Under the pieces are notes generated by a model. That model made no database searches, had not been told where the DNA came from, and saw nothing but the letters and a program-made list of their open reading frames with translations. The translations under genes were made by a program, and so were the position numbers. Source: Fimbriimonadia bacterium (GTDB lineage: Bacteria > Armatimonadota > Fimbriimonadia > Fimbriimonadales > JABRVX01). From it: a stretch of 64,000 bases of DNA. The stretch spans positions 192,001 through 256,000 of the forward strand of contig JBGPGO010000001.1 of NCBI GenBank assembly GCA_041483895.1. The letters are read 5' to 3'. Positions 38,809 through 48,401 of this stretch are shown here, one piece after another. Positions within the stretch are counted from its first letter, which is position 1; the number at the start of each line of letters is the position of its first letter.

Positions 38809-40728
38809 TTGGAACGTGTTTTTTTGCGCCGGCTCGCCGGCGCTGTCCTGCTGTCGGGTTGCCTGTCGCTTGCCTCAGGCCAATCAGAATATTTTGATCC
38901 GCAGTCCGGCTGTTACAAAGCGACGGTGTCGGAATTGGCTCCGTTTTCGAAAGATTCGACGGAAGCCATTGCCGCGCGGGATCTCGCCTTTCCTCCGCCA
39001 ACCGCGACGTCCATCGTCCCGATCGGCCTCCCTGGAGATTCTTTTCCAGGCCCCTCGCAAAACGGTCTGACTCCGGCGGACGCAAATATCGCGGTGGGTT
39101 TGCGCGCAATCGTCGCGACGGTCAATGGCCGAATCTCGATCCACGAAAAGCAAGACGGCACAATCGACTTCGAAGCCAGTCCTAACGCCTTCTTCTCCGA
39201 TCTGCCAATCAGCTACACGCAGATTTTCGATCCGCGCTGCTGGTACGACCGAGACCTCAAACGATTTTGGATCATGTATTGCGCGGTGGATCATACCGCC
39301 GCAACAGGCTATCTGCTGCTCGCGCTCTCCGATGACGAAAACCCGATTGGCACGTGGTATAAGTGGGCCCTGAAGACCCACTTCAATAATACAGAAAGCA
39401 CCAACTATTGGTGCGATTATCCAGGGATGGGCGGCAATAAGGACGTGTTGGCTTTTGGAATGAACATGTTCCCCTTTGGAGTCGGAAGTCCGTATGGAAA
39501 GATTCGAGTTTGCGATAAGACGCAGTTCCTCGCGCTCTCCCCGACGATTACTTGGACAGATTTTTGGGGCTTTAGCAATCCGAGCGGCGGAACGGCCATG
39601 AGTCTCCAGCCGGCACGGCAGATCGGGGGAACCGGCCGTCCAATATTTGCTAACGCGCAGAGCGCAGGACACCTCAATGTTTTTACAGTAGAAGATCCGC
39701 TGGGAATCGCGACTCTGCATGAATACGCTTTGGATATCCCGCCCTACTGGATATCTTTGGGCGCAAGGCAGCCGGAAAACGCCGCGCGGCTCGATACGCT
39801 CGATGGCCGCGTGCTCGACGTTTCGGCGCGGAACGACCGGCTCTTGGTATGCAACAACATCAAGAATGGTGATGGTTGCGCGCTGGCATGGTATGAGGTG
39901 GATCTATCGACCCTTCCCGATGCGGCATCGCTGGTTCAGCAAGGACTGATTGGGGATTCGGAGCACGATCACTGCTATGGCTCCCTACAAAGGAACGGTT
40001 TGGGCACAATCGCCACGGCGAGCACGCGAAGCGGTCCGATGGAAGGCCCTGCCCTAACCGCCACAGGTCATCAACCCAACGATCCGGCGGGAGTAATGGG
40101 AACGGTCATCGTGCTGAGGCAGGCCGACTCGCCCTACCTTGGGCCAGGGGACACTTCTGTTCGATGGGGAGACTATCTTGGCGGCGACGTGGATCCATGC
40201 GACGACTTCACTTTCTGGGGTATCGGCATGCTTCCACACCCGACGGATCCGTCTATTTGGGTGACCGAGATTTGCGCGTACACCATCGGAGAGCCGGTTT
40301 CGACCTTAAATGGCGCGCTTCAGCTCCAATTTGCCGTCGATCCCGACGGCTTAACCGGCACGGCGGAGTTTCGGGCGCCAGGGTCCAAAATCCCGGATTG
40401 CAGCTTCAACATTGCTCTGGATGGTCAGGGATCGTTCGAACTTTCTTCCGCGCCTGTCGGCGTCTGGGATATTGCCATCAAAGTTCGCGGCTATCTGCGT
40501 GCCATTGTGCCGGGCTATCGCGTGGTGGCCGGGAAAAACCGGTTGGAGCTCGCTTTGCCGGCGGGCGATTTGGATGGCAGCAACATTGTCGACACGCCGG
40601 ATTTGAACCTGATTTGCCTTTATTACCTCACTTCATCGCCGGAGGCGGACGTCAATGGGGATGGATATGTGGACATGTACGACCTCAATCCGGTTCTGGT
40701 CAACTTCCTGTTGAGCGGCTCCGAATAG
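38809..40728 (+). CDS. Secreted RWGDY-motif protein with dockerin-like C-terminus, paralog 3
   Basis: Same motifs (FDPRCWYD, WCDYPG, RWGDY, GDLDGSN..ADVNGDG). Confidence 0.8.
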   Translation: MERVFLRRLAGAVLLSGCLSLASGQSEYFDPQSGCYKATVSELAPFSKDSTEAIAARDLAFPPPTATSIVPIGLPGDSFPGPSQNGLTPADANIAVGLRAIVATVNGRISIHEKQDGTIDFEASPNAFFSDLPISYTQIFDPRCWYDRDLKRFWIMYCAVDHTAATGYLLLALSDDENPIGTWYKWALKTHFNNTESTNYWCDYPGMGGNKDVLAFGMNMFPFGVGSPYGKIRVCDKTQFLALSPTITWTDFWGFSNPSGGTAMSLQPARQIGGTGRPIFANAQSAGHLNVFTVEDPLGIATLHEYALDIPPYWISLGARQPENAARLDTLDGRVLDVSARNDRLLVCNNIKNGDGCALAWYEVDLSTLPDAASLVQQGLIGDSEHDHCYGSLQRNGLGTIATASTRSGPMEGPALTATGHQPNDPAGVMGTVIVLRQADSPYLGPGDTSVRWGDYLGGDVDPCDDFTFWGIGMLPHPTDPSIWVTEICAYTIGEPVSTLNGALQLQFAVDPDGLTGTAEFRAPGSKIPDCSFNIALDGQGSFELSSAPVGVWDIAIKVRGYLRAIVPGYRVVAGKNRLELALPAGDLDGSNIVDTPDLNLICLYYLTSSPEADVNGDGYVDMYDLNPVLVNFLLSGSE

Positions 40729-40744
40729 GTCTTTTTGCCGTATA

Positions 40745-40780
40745 GTAGACAAACTAGTAGACTAGTGCTATAATGTCTAC
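40745..40780 (+). promoter_or_regulatory. Sigma70-type promoter (leaderless) overlapped by GTAGAC/GTCTAC repeats
   Basis: TAGACA (40746)-17 bp-TATAAT (40769) with TG extension, 6 nt before the ATG. Confidence 0.7.
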
Positions 40781-41674
40781 ATGAGAGCCGCCACCATAAC
40801 GGAAACACGAGCGAAAAGCATACTGAACAAGTGTCCACTGGACTTCTCCGACTGGACGCTCAATCCTTATGCCGGCTGCGCGTTCGGCTGCACCTACTGC
40901 TACGTGCCGCCGCTAAAGGCCAAGCTGGGGGTAGAGCTTCCCGGCCCATGGGGCAGCTATGTCGACGTGAAGACAAACGCCGTCGAGCTGCTCCGTCGCG
41001 ACATGAGGAGAGTTGCCCCTACCGACCGCATCGCTATCGGCACGGCTACCGACCCGTACCAGCCGGTTGAGCGGACCCACCGCATTACCCGCTCGCTCTT
41101 GGAGCAGCTATGCTTCTATGAGAACCCTGTCAACATCGTTACCCGGTCGCCGCTGGTGATTCGGGATATCGATGTGCTCGCTAAATTGGAGAATGTGAGC
41201 GTGGGCATGTCGATTCCTACGGCGGATGAGGCGGCGCGGCGGGCTCTGGAGCCGAACGCCACCGCCATTCCGGGTCGTTTGGAGGCCGTTCGCCGGTTGC
41301 GGGACGCGGGAATTCTGGTGTCCATCTATTGGATGCCGATCCTGCCCGGAATCACGGACACGCGGCGCGGCATCCGGCAGTGCCTGGAAGCCTTCCAACC
41401 GCTCGGCGTTCGGGTCGTCGCCGGGGCAATGCGGGACTTTGAGTACTTTCGGCGGCCATACCTTGCCGCCCACTCGGAACTGGTTCGCATCCAGGGGATC
41501 GATTCCACGCAGCTATACGGCCGGGAGATTGGAGAAGAGATGCAGCGCGTGGCCCGGGAGCTGGAAGTGAACCTGGTAATCGCGCCGTCTTTGTTCGAGG
41601 GCAGCACCCGCAGAGTGCCGGCAAGGCGGAAAGCTTGGAACCAGAATGACAGGAGGCAACGTTTAGTGGTATGA
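40781..41674 (+). CDS. Radical SAM protein, SplB/Rv2578c-like (DNA-repair associated)
   Basis: LNPYAGCAFGCTYCY, GTATDPYQ, TRS.L..RD, LEP. Confidence 0.88.
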   Translation: MRAATITETRAKSILNKCPLDFSDWTLNPYAGCAFGCTYCYVPPLKAKLGVELPGPWGSYVDVKTNAVELLRRDMRRVAPTDRIAIGTATDPYQPVERTHRITRSLLEQLCFYENPVNIVTRSPLVIRDIDVLAKLENVSVGMSIPTADEAARRALEPNATAIPGRLEAVRRLRDAGILVSIYWMPILPGITDTRRGIRQCLEAFQPLGVRVVAGAMRDFEYFRRPYLAAHSELVRIQGIDSTQLYGREIGEEMQRVARELEVNLVIAPSLFEGSTRRVPARRKAWNQNDRRQRLVV

Positions 41675-41703
41675 CGGTCCGACATTAACCATAAGAGGTT
41701 TTT

Positions 41704-43527
41704 ATGCGCCTTTCCGCTACGATTTTGCTTACGCTTTTCGCTGGACTGCTGTTCGGCCAACAGCCGACGGTGACCGTAAAGCTGCCCAAGAACGCAAAGG
41801 CCGGGGATACCGTGAAGGCCACGGTTGAGGTTCAAGTACCGGCCGGTTGGCACGCATACTCCAATCCGCCAACGTCGCCGGAGCTGATCCCGCTTGCGGT
41901 GACGAAATTGGAGGGCGCTAAGCTAAAAAGCGTCAAGTATCCCAAAGCTAAGACCATCGATTTTGCCGGAAAGATGGTCGGCGGGTACGAGGGCAAGGTT
42001 TCTATTCCGATCCAGTTTGCGGTGGCGAAGGATGCCAAGGCCCCTTTGAATTTGAAGGTCACCGTGCACTACCAGATGTGCAACGACCAGACCTGTGGCA
42101 TGCCGGGGGATGTTTTTGCGAACGCGAAGCTGGCGGTCGTAAAAAAAAACGATGAAGCCCTAGCGGCTCCCGCCAAGCCGACTGATACAATTCCGCCGGT
42201 CGTGACCGCGCAAGTTCCTTCGAAGCAAGATGTTGCGCCGGAGCCGGCAAAGACCGCTCCCGCCATCGCGACCGCCCCGAAGAATCAGGGTTACGAAGAA
42301 GGGCTCGCGGGGCGGCTGGTGGATTGGTATAAGAGTGGCAAGTGGTACCTCCTGTTCCCTTCCCTGCTCCTTGTGGGACTGCTCATCAATTTGACGCCAT
42401 GCGTATATCCGGTCATCGCGCCGACAGCCGGCTTCATCGCCAAGCAGAGCGAGGGCGCGGTGGGAGGGCGATTTGCGTTTGGACTTGTGTTCCTCTTCGG
42501 CGCGGCGGCCATGTTCACTGTGATAGGAACCATCTTTGGGCTCTCGGGAACCGTCTTCGGATCGTTGTATCAACAGCCTTGGTTTACGATTGGGCTGGGC
42601 ATTTTGATGATGGCGCTCGCTCTCGCCATGTTCGATGTGTATCAAATTCGCCTTCCGAACGCCTTGGCTTCGGGGATGCGAGGCAGGGCGGGGCTGATCG
42701 GCGCGCTGATGATGGGAATGTTTATCGGGGTGGCGGCGGTACCGTGCGGCGGGCCTGTGATTGCGGCGGCGGCGGCAACGGCGTTCCAAACCCGCGATAC
42801 CGTTTTTGCCTCTCTGGTCTTCGCCGGAATTGGGCTGGGCATCGGTTTGCCGGTGGCGGTTTTGATCATGACAGGCGCGCTTGGCGTGTTGGCAAAGCCG
42901 GGCGAATGGATGGTGACGGTCAAGCATGTGTTGGGCCTCGCCGTCATCGCTTCGGGAATCTACTTCTTGTCGTTCACGCTGCGTCCGGCGATCGGCAGTC
43001 TTGGCATGGCGTGGGTGTGGACGGCTTATTTTGTCGCGGCCGCGTTCTACCTCATCGCGCTCGATCACACGGGCCGAACGCGCACGGGTCTGCTGGCATT
43101 CAAGGGCATCGTCGCTATCGGTGCGGTGCTGTATGGCGGCCTGATGTTGGCGAACATTGCCAACGAAGCGAAAACGCCGCAGATAGTGTCTTGGCAGGCC
43201 TTTGATCTGTCGAATTTCGATGCGGCGTTGGGTAAGGGCAGGCCGATAGTGATCGATTTTCGCTCTGACTGGTGCGCGATGTGCCGGGAGATTGAAGACA
43301 AGACGTTCTCGGATCCAAAGGTGCAGGCCGTGCTGGCGAAGATGGTCGCTTTCCGCGCGGACGAGACGACTGCGAATCCCACGATTGAATCCTGGAATCG
43401 CCGCTTCGGCATCGCTACATTGCCGGATGTGATCTTCTTCGACGGCCAGGGCAACCAGGTCCGGCGGTTCAAGACCTTTTTTGACACAGATGAGTTTGCC
43501 GACGCGAGCAAGTCGGCTGGTCTGTGA
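41704..43527 (+). CDS. dsbD: Thiol:disulfide interchange protein DsbD
   Basis: N-terminal CNDQTC, TM domain LTPCVYP and PCGGP, C-terminal thioredoxin WCAMC. Confidence 0.88.
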   Translation: MRLSATILLTLFAGLLFGQQPTVTVKLPKNAKAGDTVKATVEVQVPAGWHAYSNPPTSPELIPLAVTKLEGAKLKSVKYPKAKTIDFAGKMVGGYEGKVSIPIQFAVAKDAKAPLNLKVTVHYQMCNDQTCGMPGDVFANAKLAVVKKNDEALAAPAKPTDTIPPVVTAQVPSKQDVAPEPAKTAPAIATAPKNQGYEEGLAGRLVDWYKSGKWYLLFPSLLLVGLLINLTPCVYPVIAPTAGFIAKQSEGAVGGRFAFGLVFLFGAAAMFTVIGTIFGLSGTVFGSLYQQPWFTIGLGILMMALALAMFDVYQIRLPNALASGMRGRAGLIGALMMGMFIGVAAVPCGGPVIAAAAATAFQTRDTVFASLVFAGIGLGIGLPVAVLIMTGALGVLAKPGEWMVTVKHVLGLAVIASGIYFLSFTLRPAIGSLGMAWVWTAYFVAAAFYLIALDHTGRTRTGLLAFKGIVAIGAVLYGGLMLANIANEAKTPQIVSWQAFDLSNFDAALGKGRPIVIDFRSDWCAMCREIEDKTFSDPKVQAVLAKMVAFRADETTANPTIESWNRRFGIATLPDVIFFDGQGNQVRRFKTFFDTDEFADASKSAGL

Positions 43528-43532
43528 GGAAG

Positions 43533-43631
43533 GGCTGTCATTCCGAAGCGAAGCGAGGAATCCCTTTCCAGAGGTCCAACTGCGAGCAGCGTTCTGAAAG
43601 GGATTCCTCGCTTCGCTTCGGAATGACAGCC
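43533..43631. repeat. REP/MITE-like element with a perfect 36-bp inverted repeat
   Basis: GGCTGTCATTCCGAAGCGAAGCGAGGAATCCCTTTC (43533-43568) pairs exactly with 43596-43631; lies between convergent genes. Confidence 0.85.
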
Positions 43632-43676
43632 ATGTTGGCCGAGAAAGGGATTCGTCGGTTCGCTTCGGTATGCGGC

Positions 43677-46600
43677 TTAACGAATATTGAAGTAACGTGC
43701 TTCCGGGTGGTGGCAGATGATGGCGGAGGTGGATTGCTCCGGAACCATGTGAAATTGGTCGGTAAGCTCGATGCCGATGCGCTCCGGTTGAAGCAGCGAG
43801 AACAGCTTGGCCTGATCATCCAAATTCGGGCATGCCGGGTAACCGAACGAATACCGCGCGCCCTGATAGCTCATGCTGAACAGCAGCCGAATCTCTTTGG
43901 CATCCTTTTCGGCTATTCCCATCTCTTGGCGGACCTGCCCGTGCCAATACTCGGCCAAGCCTTCCGCCGTTTCGACCCCCATGCCGTGCAGATACAGATA
44001 CTCCTTGTAGTCGCCCGCGGCAAATCGTTCGCGCTCATAGTCAGAGATCTTCTGGCCCACTGTCACCGCATGGAAGGCCGCGACATCCATGCGCCCGGAC
44101 GACTTCGGCGCGAAGAAATCGGCAAGACATAAACGCCGATCGACGGATTGGCGAGGGAACGTGAATCGCATTCGCTCGGTCTTCTGATTGTCTTCAAAAA
44201 TGATCAGATCGTTGCCCTCCGATTGCGTTGGGAAGTACCCGTACACGACTTTTGGGATCATCAGTTTCTCGCGCGCGCAAAATCCTTTGAGTCGCTCGTA
44301 CGTCGGCCGCGCTTCGGATTCGAGCACCTGATCGAACTGTTCTTTCGACAGCTTGCCGCGCCGGAACTGCCACTGCCCACGGAATAGGGCAACCTCCGCA
44401 TTCACATACGGATACACGTCCCACAGATCGATATCCTCGACAATCCGCGTGCCCCAAAACGGCGGTTCTGGAATCGGCGCATGGGGCGAAACATCGCTGC
44501 GGCGGGTATCGATTTCTTTCGCCTTTTCTTCCGTTCGCGATTGGCCCACTCGCGGAACGTGATCATGATACAGTTGCTCCAACGCCGCCTGCCCTTTCGC
44601 CACCTCGCCCATCAGGTGCAGACCTTCAAACGCATCCTGTGCATAAAATACTTTGCCGTGATAGAGCGAGCGCAGGTCCTGTTCCACATAGGAGCGCGTG
44701 AGCGCCGCGCCGCCGAGCAGAACCGGATAGCTGAACAACCCCTGCCGATTCATCTCCTCCAAATTCTCCCGCATCACGACGGTGCTCTTGACCAAAAGCC
44801 CGCTCATGCCGACCGCGTCCACGGCATTCTCTTCCGCCGCGCGCAGGATATTCGCCAGCGACTGCTTGATGCCGATGTTGAAGACCAAATATCCGTTGTT
44901 TGTCAAAATAATATCAACAAGGTTCTTGCCGATATCGTGCACATCGCCCTCGACGGTCGCCAGCACAATCTTCCCTTTCGACCGGCCATCGACTCGATCC
45001 ATGTGCGGTTCCAGAAAGGCCACCGCGCGCTTCATCACTTCCGCGCTTTGCAAAACGAATGGAAGCTGCATCTCGCCGGAACCAAACAGCTCACCCACGG
45101 TTTTCATGCCCGCAAGCAGAATGTCGTTGATGATTTCCAATGGCTTGTAGGACTGCATCGCCAACTCCAATGCCGGTTCCAATCCGCCCTTTATGCCGTC
45201 CACGATATGCCGCTGCAAGCGCGTCTCGACCGGCAATTTCGAAAGGTCTTCCTTCTCGACAGCAACAGTCGTTTTTCCCTCGAACAGAGCCATAAATTTG
45301 TGCAGCGGATCGTCGCCCTCCGATCGCTCGTCATGGATCATCCGGCGCGCCATCGCCAACGCCTCGGGCTCGATTTTGTTGAGCGGAAGGATTTTCGCCG
45401 CGTGCACGATTGCTGCATCCAGCCCGGCCTCCACGCATTCATGAAGGAATACGGAGTTCAGCACAACGCGCGAAGCGGGTCTTAGGCCGAACGAGATATT
45501 GCTGACGCCCAAGATGGTATGGACTTCCGGCCATCGCTGCTTTATGAGTCGGATCGCTTCCATCGTCTCCATTCCCGCCTTGCGAAACTCTTCATCCCCA
45601 CTTCCCAAGGTAAACGTCAGTGCATCGAAAAATATATCCTCGGGTTGAATTCCGTGCTCGTCCACCAACAGATTGTAAATCTTTTCGGCGACCTCAATTT
45701 TTTTGTCAGCCGTCTTCGCCATGCCGTCCGCGTCGATCGTGAGAGCCACCAAAGCCGCGCCATACTTCTTCGCCATCGCGGTCACTTGGTGCAGACGCGG
45801 ACCGCCATCTTCTAAATTGACGGAGTTGATAATCGGCTTCCCTGCCAGGCGTTGCAGTGAGGACTCGATCACATCGGCCTGCGTGGAATCAATCATGATG
45901 GGAACCGTGACCTGCTTGTTCAGCATCGGCAGCAGTGTGTCCATGTCGCGGACCTCGTCGCGTCCGACATAGGCGGTGCAGACATCGAGGGCGTGGCTGC
46001 TTTCTTTTTCCTGTTCGCGAGCCATCTCCGATAGGCCGTCCCAATCCTCCGCGGCCAGCAGATCGCGAAACTTTCGGCTCCCGTTGGCATTCGTCCGCTC
46101 ACCGACGATGAAGAAGCTGGCGTCCTGTTTGTATGGCATCATCTGATACAGGCTCGAACATCCGGGAATGTGGTGCGGGTTTCTCGGCGCGGGCGTCGCG
46201 CCCCAAAGAGCTTCGGTCAGCGCGCTAATGTGATCAGAACTCGTCCCACAGCAGCCGCCGACGATACGTACTCCCATCTCGTTGACGAACAGAGCATGGT
46301 ATTCGACGAACTCCTCCGGTGTCAGCGGATAGCTGGCTTTGCCATCGACGACAGACGGCAGGCCGGCGTTGGGAAGGACGGAGATCGGCAAGCGGCTGTG
46401 GGTGGATAGGTATCGCACGTGTGGCACCATCTCTATCGGGCCGGTCGCGCAATTGACTCCGATGACATCCACGGCATCGAACGCTTCAATGCAGTTCAGT
46501 GCGGCGCCTATCTCGGAGCCCAGCAACATTGTTCCCGTTGTTTCCATTGTCGCGGAGACTATGAGCGGCAGCTTCTTTCCCGAATGCGAAAACGCCTCGC

Positions 46601-47114
46601 ATGTCCCAACAATGGCGGCCTTGCATTGAAGAAGGTCCTGGCAGGTCTCGATCATCAACGCATCGGCGCCGCCTTCGATACAGCCGAGCGCGTTTTGATA
46701 ATATGTGTCCGCTAGTTCCCGAAAGCTGATCTGCCCCAGCGTAACCAATTTCGTGCCGGGCCCCATCGATCCGATAACGAATCGGGGCCGGTCCGGCGTG
46801 GAAAAGTCAGCGCACACACCGCGGGCGATTTCGGCGGCCTTCTTGCTCAGCTCATGGACGCGATCGGCAATGCCGTACTCGCCCAAATTCATGGAGTTAG
46901 CGCCGAACGTGTTGGTCTCCACCGCGTCCGCACCCACAGCCAGATAGCTCTCGTGAAGCTTGGCAACCACGTCGGGTCGGCTGACGTTCAGGATCTCGTT
47001 GCACCCGTCGAGGCCTTGGAAGTCGTCAAGGGTCAGCGAGGCGGCCTGCAGCCCGGTGCCGGTCGCCCCGTCGAAAATGAGCAATCGCTCGCGCAAAGCT
47101 TCCAAGAAGGTCAT
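43677..47114 (-). CDS. metH: Cobalamin-dependent methionine synthase
   Basis: DGATGT, GGCCGT, GERTNANGS, GDVHDIGKN, MSGLL, GARYSFGYPACP. Confidence 0.97.
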   Translation of the reverse strand: MTFLEALRERLLIFDGATGTGLQAASLTLDDFQGLDGCNEILNVSRPDVVAKLHESYLAVGADAVETNTFGANSMNLGEYGIADRVHELSKKAAEIARGVCADFSTPDRPRFVIGSMGPGTKLVTLGQISFRELADTYYQNALGCIEGGADALMIETCQDLLQCKAAIVGTCEAFSHSGKKLPLIVSATMETTGTMLLGSEIGAALNCIEAFDAVDVIGVNCATGPIEMVPHVRYLSTHSRLPISVLPNAGLPSVVDGKASYPLTPEEFVEYHALFVNEMGVRIVGGCCGTSSDHISALTEALWGATPAPRNPHHIPGCSSLYQMMPYKQDASFFIVGERTNANGSRKFRDLLAAEDWDGLSEMAREQEKESSHALDVCTAYVGRDEVRDMDTLLPMLNKQVTVPIMIDSTQADVIESSLQRLAGKPIINSVNLEDGGPRLHQVTAMAKKYGAALVALTIDADGMAKTADKKIEVAEKIYNLLVDEHGIQPEDIFFDALTFTLGSGDEEFRKAGMETMEAIRLIKQRWPEVHTILGVSNISFGLRPASRVVLNSVFLHECVEAGLDAAIVHAAKILPLNKIEPEALAMARRMIHDERSEGDDPLHKFMALFEGKTTVAVEKEDLSKLPVETRLQRHIVDGIKGGLEPALELAMQSYKPLEIINDILLAGMKTVGELFGSGEMQLPFVLQSAEVMKRAVAFLEPHMDRVDGRSKGKIVLATVEGDVHDIGKNLVDIILTNNGYLVFNIGIKQSLANILRAAEENAVDAVGMSGLLVKSTVVMRENLEEMNRQGLFSYPVLLGGAALTRSYVEQDLRSLYHGKVFYAQDAFEGLHLMGEVAKGQAALEQLYHDHVPRVGQSRTEEKAKEIDTRRSDVSPHAPIPEPPFWGTRIVEDIDLWDVYPYVNAEVALFRGQWQFRRGKLSKEQFDQVLESEARPTYERLKGFCAREKLMIPKVVYGYFPTQSEGNDLIIFEDNQKTERMRFTFPRQSVDRRLCLADFFAPKSSGRMDVAAFHAVTVGQKISDYERERFAAGDYKEYLYLHGMGVETAEGLAEYWHGQVRQEMGIAEKDAKEIRLLFSMSYQGARYSFGYPACPNLDDQAKLFSLLQPERIGIELTDQFHMVPEQSTSAIICHHPEARYFNIR

Positions 47115-47186
47115 TGCCCCAGATTATGCACCCTCCCCGTTGACCGGAGACGGTTCCCCAACGAATCCTGTTAGAAGGACACGGGT

Positions 47187-47224
47187 AAAAAAACATCGAG
47201 ACGCTCCCAACGGAGCGTCTCGAT
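47187..47224 (-). terminator. Rho-independent terminator
   Basis: 13-bp stem ATCGAGACGCTCC/GGAGCGTCTCGAT plus T7 on the minus strand. Confidence 0.8.
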
Positions 47225-47270
47225 TTCTCTTAGCGTCCTCAGTTCTTGTGAAGACGTCTACTCACTGAGG

Positions 47271-48107
47271 TTACTTGCGTCGCCGGCGAAGGCCAACGAT
47301 GCCAAGCAGACCTGTCGCAACCGCAGCATAGGTGCTCGGCTCTGGAACGACCTCAATGCGCCAACCGTAATTGGCGATCGGCGCTCCGCCGAATGGAGAG
47401 TTCCGAAGCGCGCCGGCAGGATTCGCGGTTGTGAAGAATGAACCGGCCGCCGTGGTCAAGAAGTCGGTATCGGCGCTCGAGCCGACAGCCGGCGGACCGT
47501 ACATACCCTGTCCAAGCAGGTTCAACTGAGCCAGGGTCGCCATACCCGGGCCACTATTGTTGTTGTCGAATGTGATGCCGGCCCAGAATGAGCCCGACAC
47601 CAAGTTCATGTTAAAGGTCGGGAAAAGGTCAAAGAAAAACCCTGCAACAGTATTTGCAGCGACGGTTATCGGGTTGAAGGTGAATCCGACCGCCGCCGGA
47701 TCGTTATAGTACGTTCCGGGGGCACCGCCGGCTCCGTCGGAGAACCAGTAGCGGAGGCGCGGCCGAGCGGTTACAGCATCCGCATTGAGGTTGGCGAAGG
47801 TGAAGTACTGACGGGCGATTTTTTGTCCCGCATAACTGCTATGACCAAGGTTATCCGCCAAGAGTCTCGTGATTCCGTTGGTACCTTGGAGTACCGCACC
47901 GCCTTGTGTTGTCGCGAAGCCGCTGAAGGTGGCGAAGTTGTCATAGACGACAACGCCTGCAGCTTCCGGCGAGGGTACATTGACGGCAATGCCGATTTCA
48001 CCGCTCCAGAACTCATGAGCCACAACGCCTGTGTACTCGGTCTGGCTAAATGAAGGTAACGCAGCCGCAATGACCCCTACTGTGAATAGTGTTAGTCGAA
48101 TGCGCAT
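47271..48107 (-). CDS. PEP-CTERM protein
   Basis: Signal peptide; VVPEPSTYAAVATGLLGIVGLRRRRK. Confidence 0.88.
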   Translation of the reverse strand: MRIRLTLFTVGVIAAALPSFSQTEYTGVVAHEFWSGEIGIAVNVPSPEAAGVVVYDNFATFSGFATTQGGAVLQGTNGITRLLADNLGHSSYAGQKIARQYFTFANLNADAVTARPRLRYWFSDGAGGAPGTYYNDPAAVGFTFNPITVAANTVAGFFFDLFPTFNMNLVSGSFWAGITFDNNNSGPGMATLAQLNLLGQGMYGPPAVGSSADTDFLTTAAGSFFTTANPAGALRNSPFGGAPIANYGWRIEVVPEPSTYAAVATGLLGIVGLRRRRK

Positions 48108-48320
48108 TCTTAGCTAACTCCTTTACATTTCGCTAAGGATTAGCCATCCAAATGCAACAGAAACTACAACGCATCCAACCAGGAAGGAAAACGCAGCTTC
48201 TGTATCCAACCGAATTATAACGCGAAATACAAATTTCGGCAAGGTTATTAGAGAATTCTAATATATGGTTTCGTGGATTCCCAACGATCCCGTGCCCGTG
48301 TGGGGACTGCGGGCACGGGG

Positions 48321-48355
48321 AAAGACATCGGGACGCTCCCCATGGAGCGTCCCGA
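48321..48355 (-). terminator. Terminator-like hairpin homologous to 47187..47224
   Basis: TCGGGACGCTCC/GGAGCGTCCCGA, with a compensatory A-T to G-C change relative to the other copy. Confidence 0.65.
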
Positions 48356-48401
48356 CTCTCGCAGCGTCCTCAGTTTTTGTGAAGACGTCTACTCAATGAC
48401 C

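Noticed and set aside
43524..44132. 202-aa ORF starting in the inverted repeat
   Set aside because: Translation of the palindromic element plus the metH antisense strand
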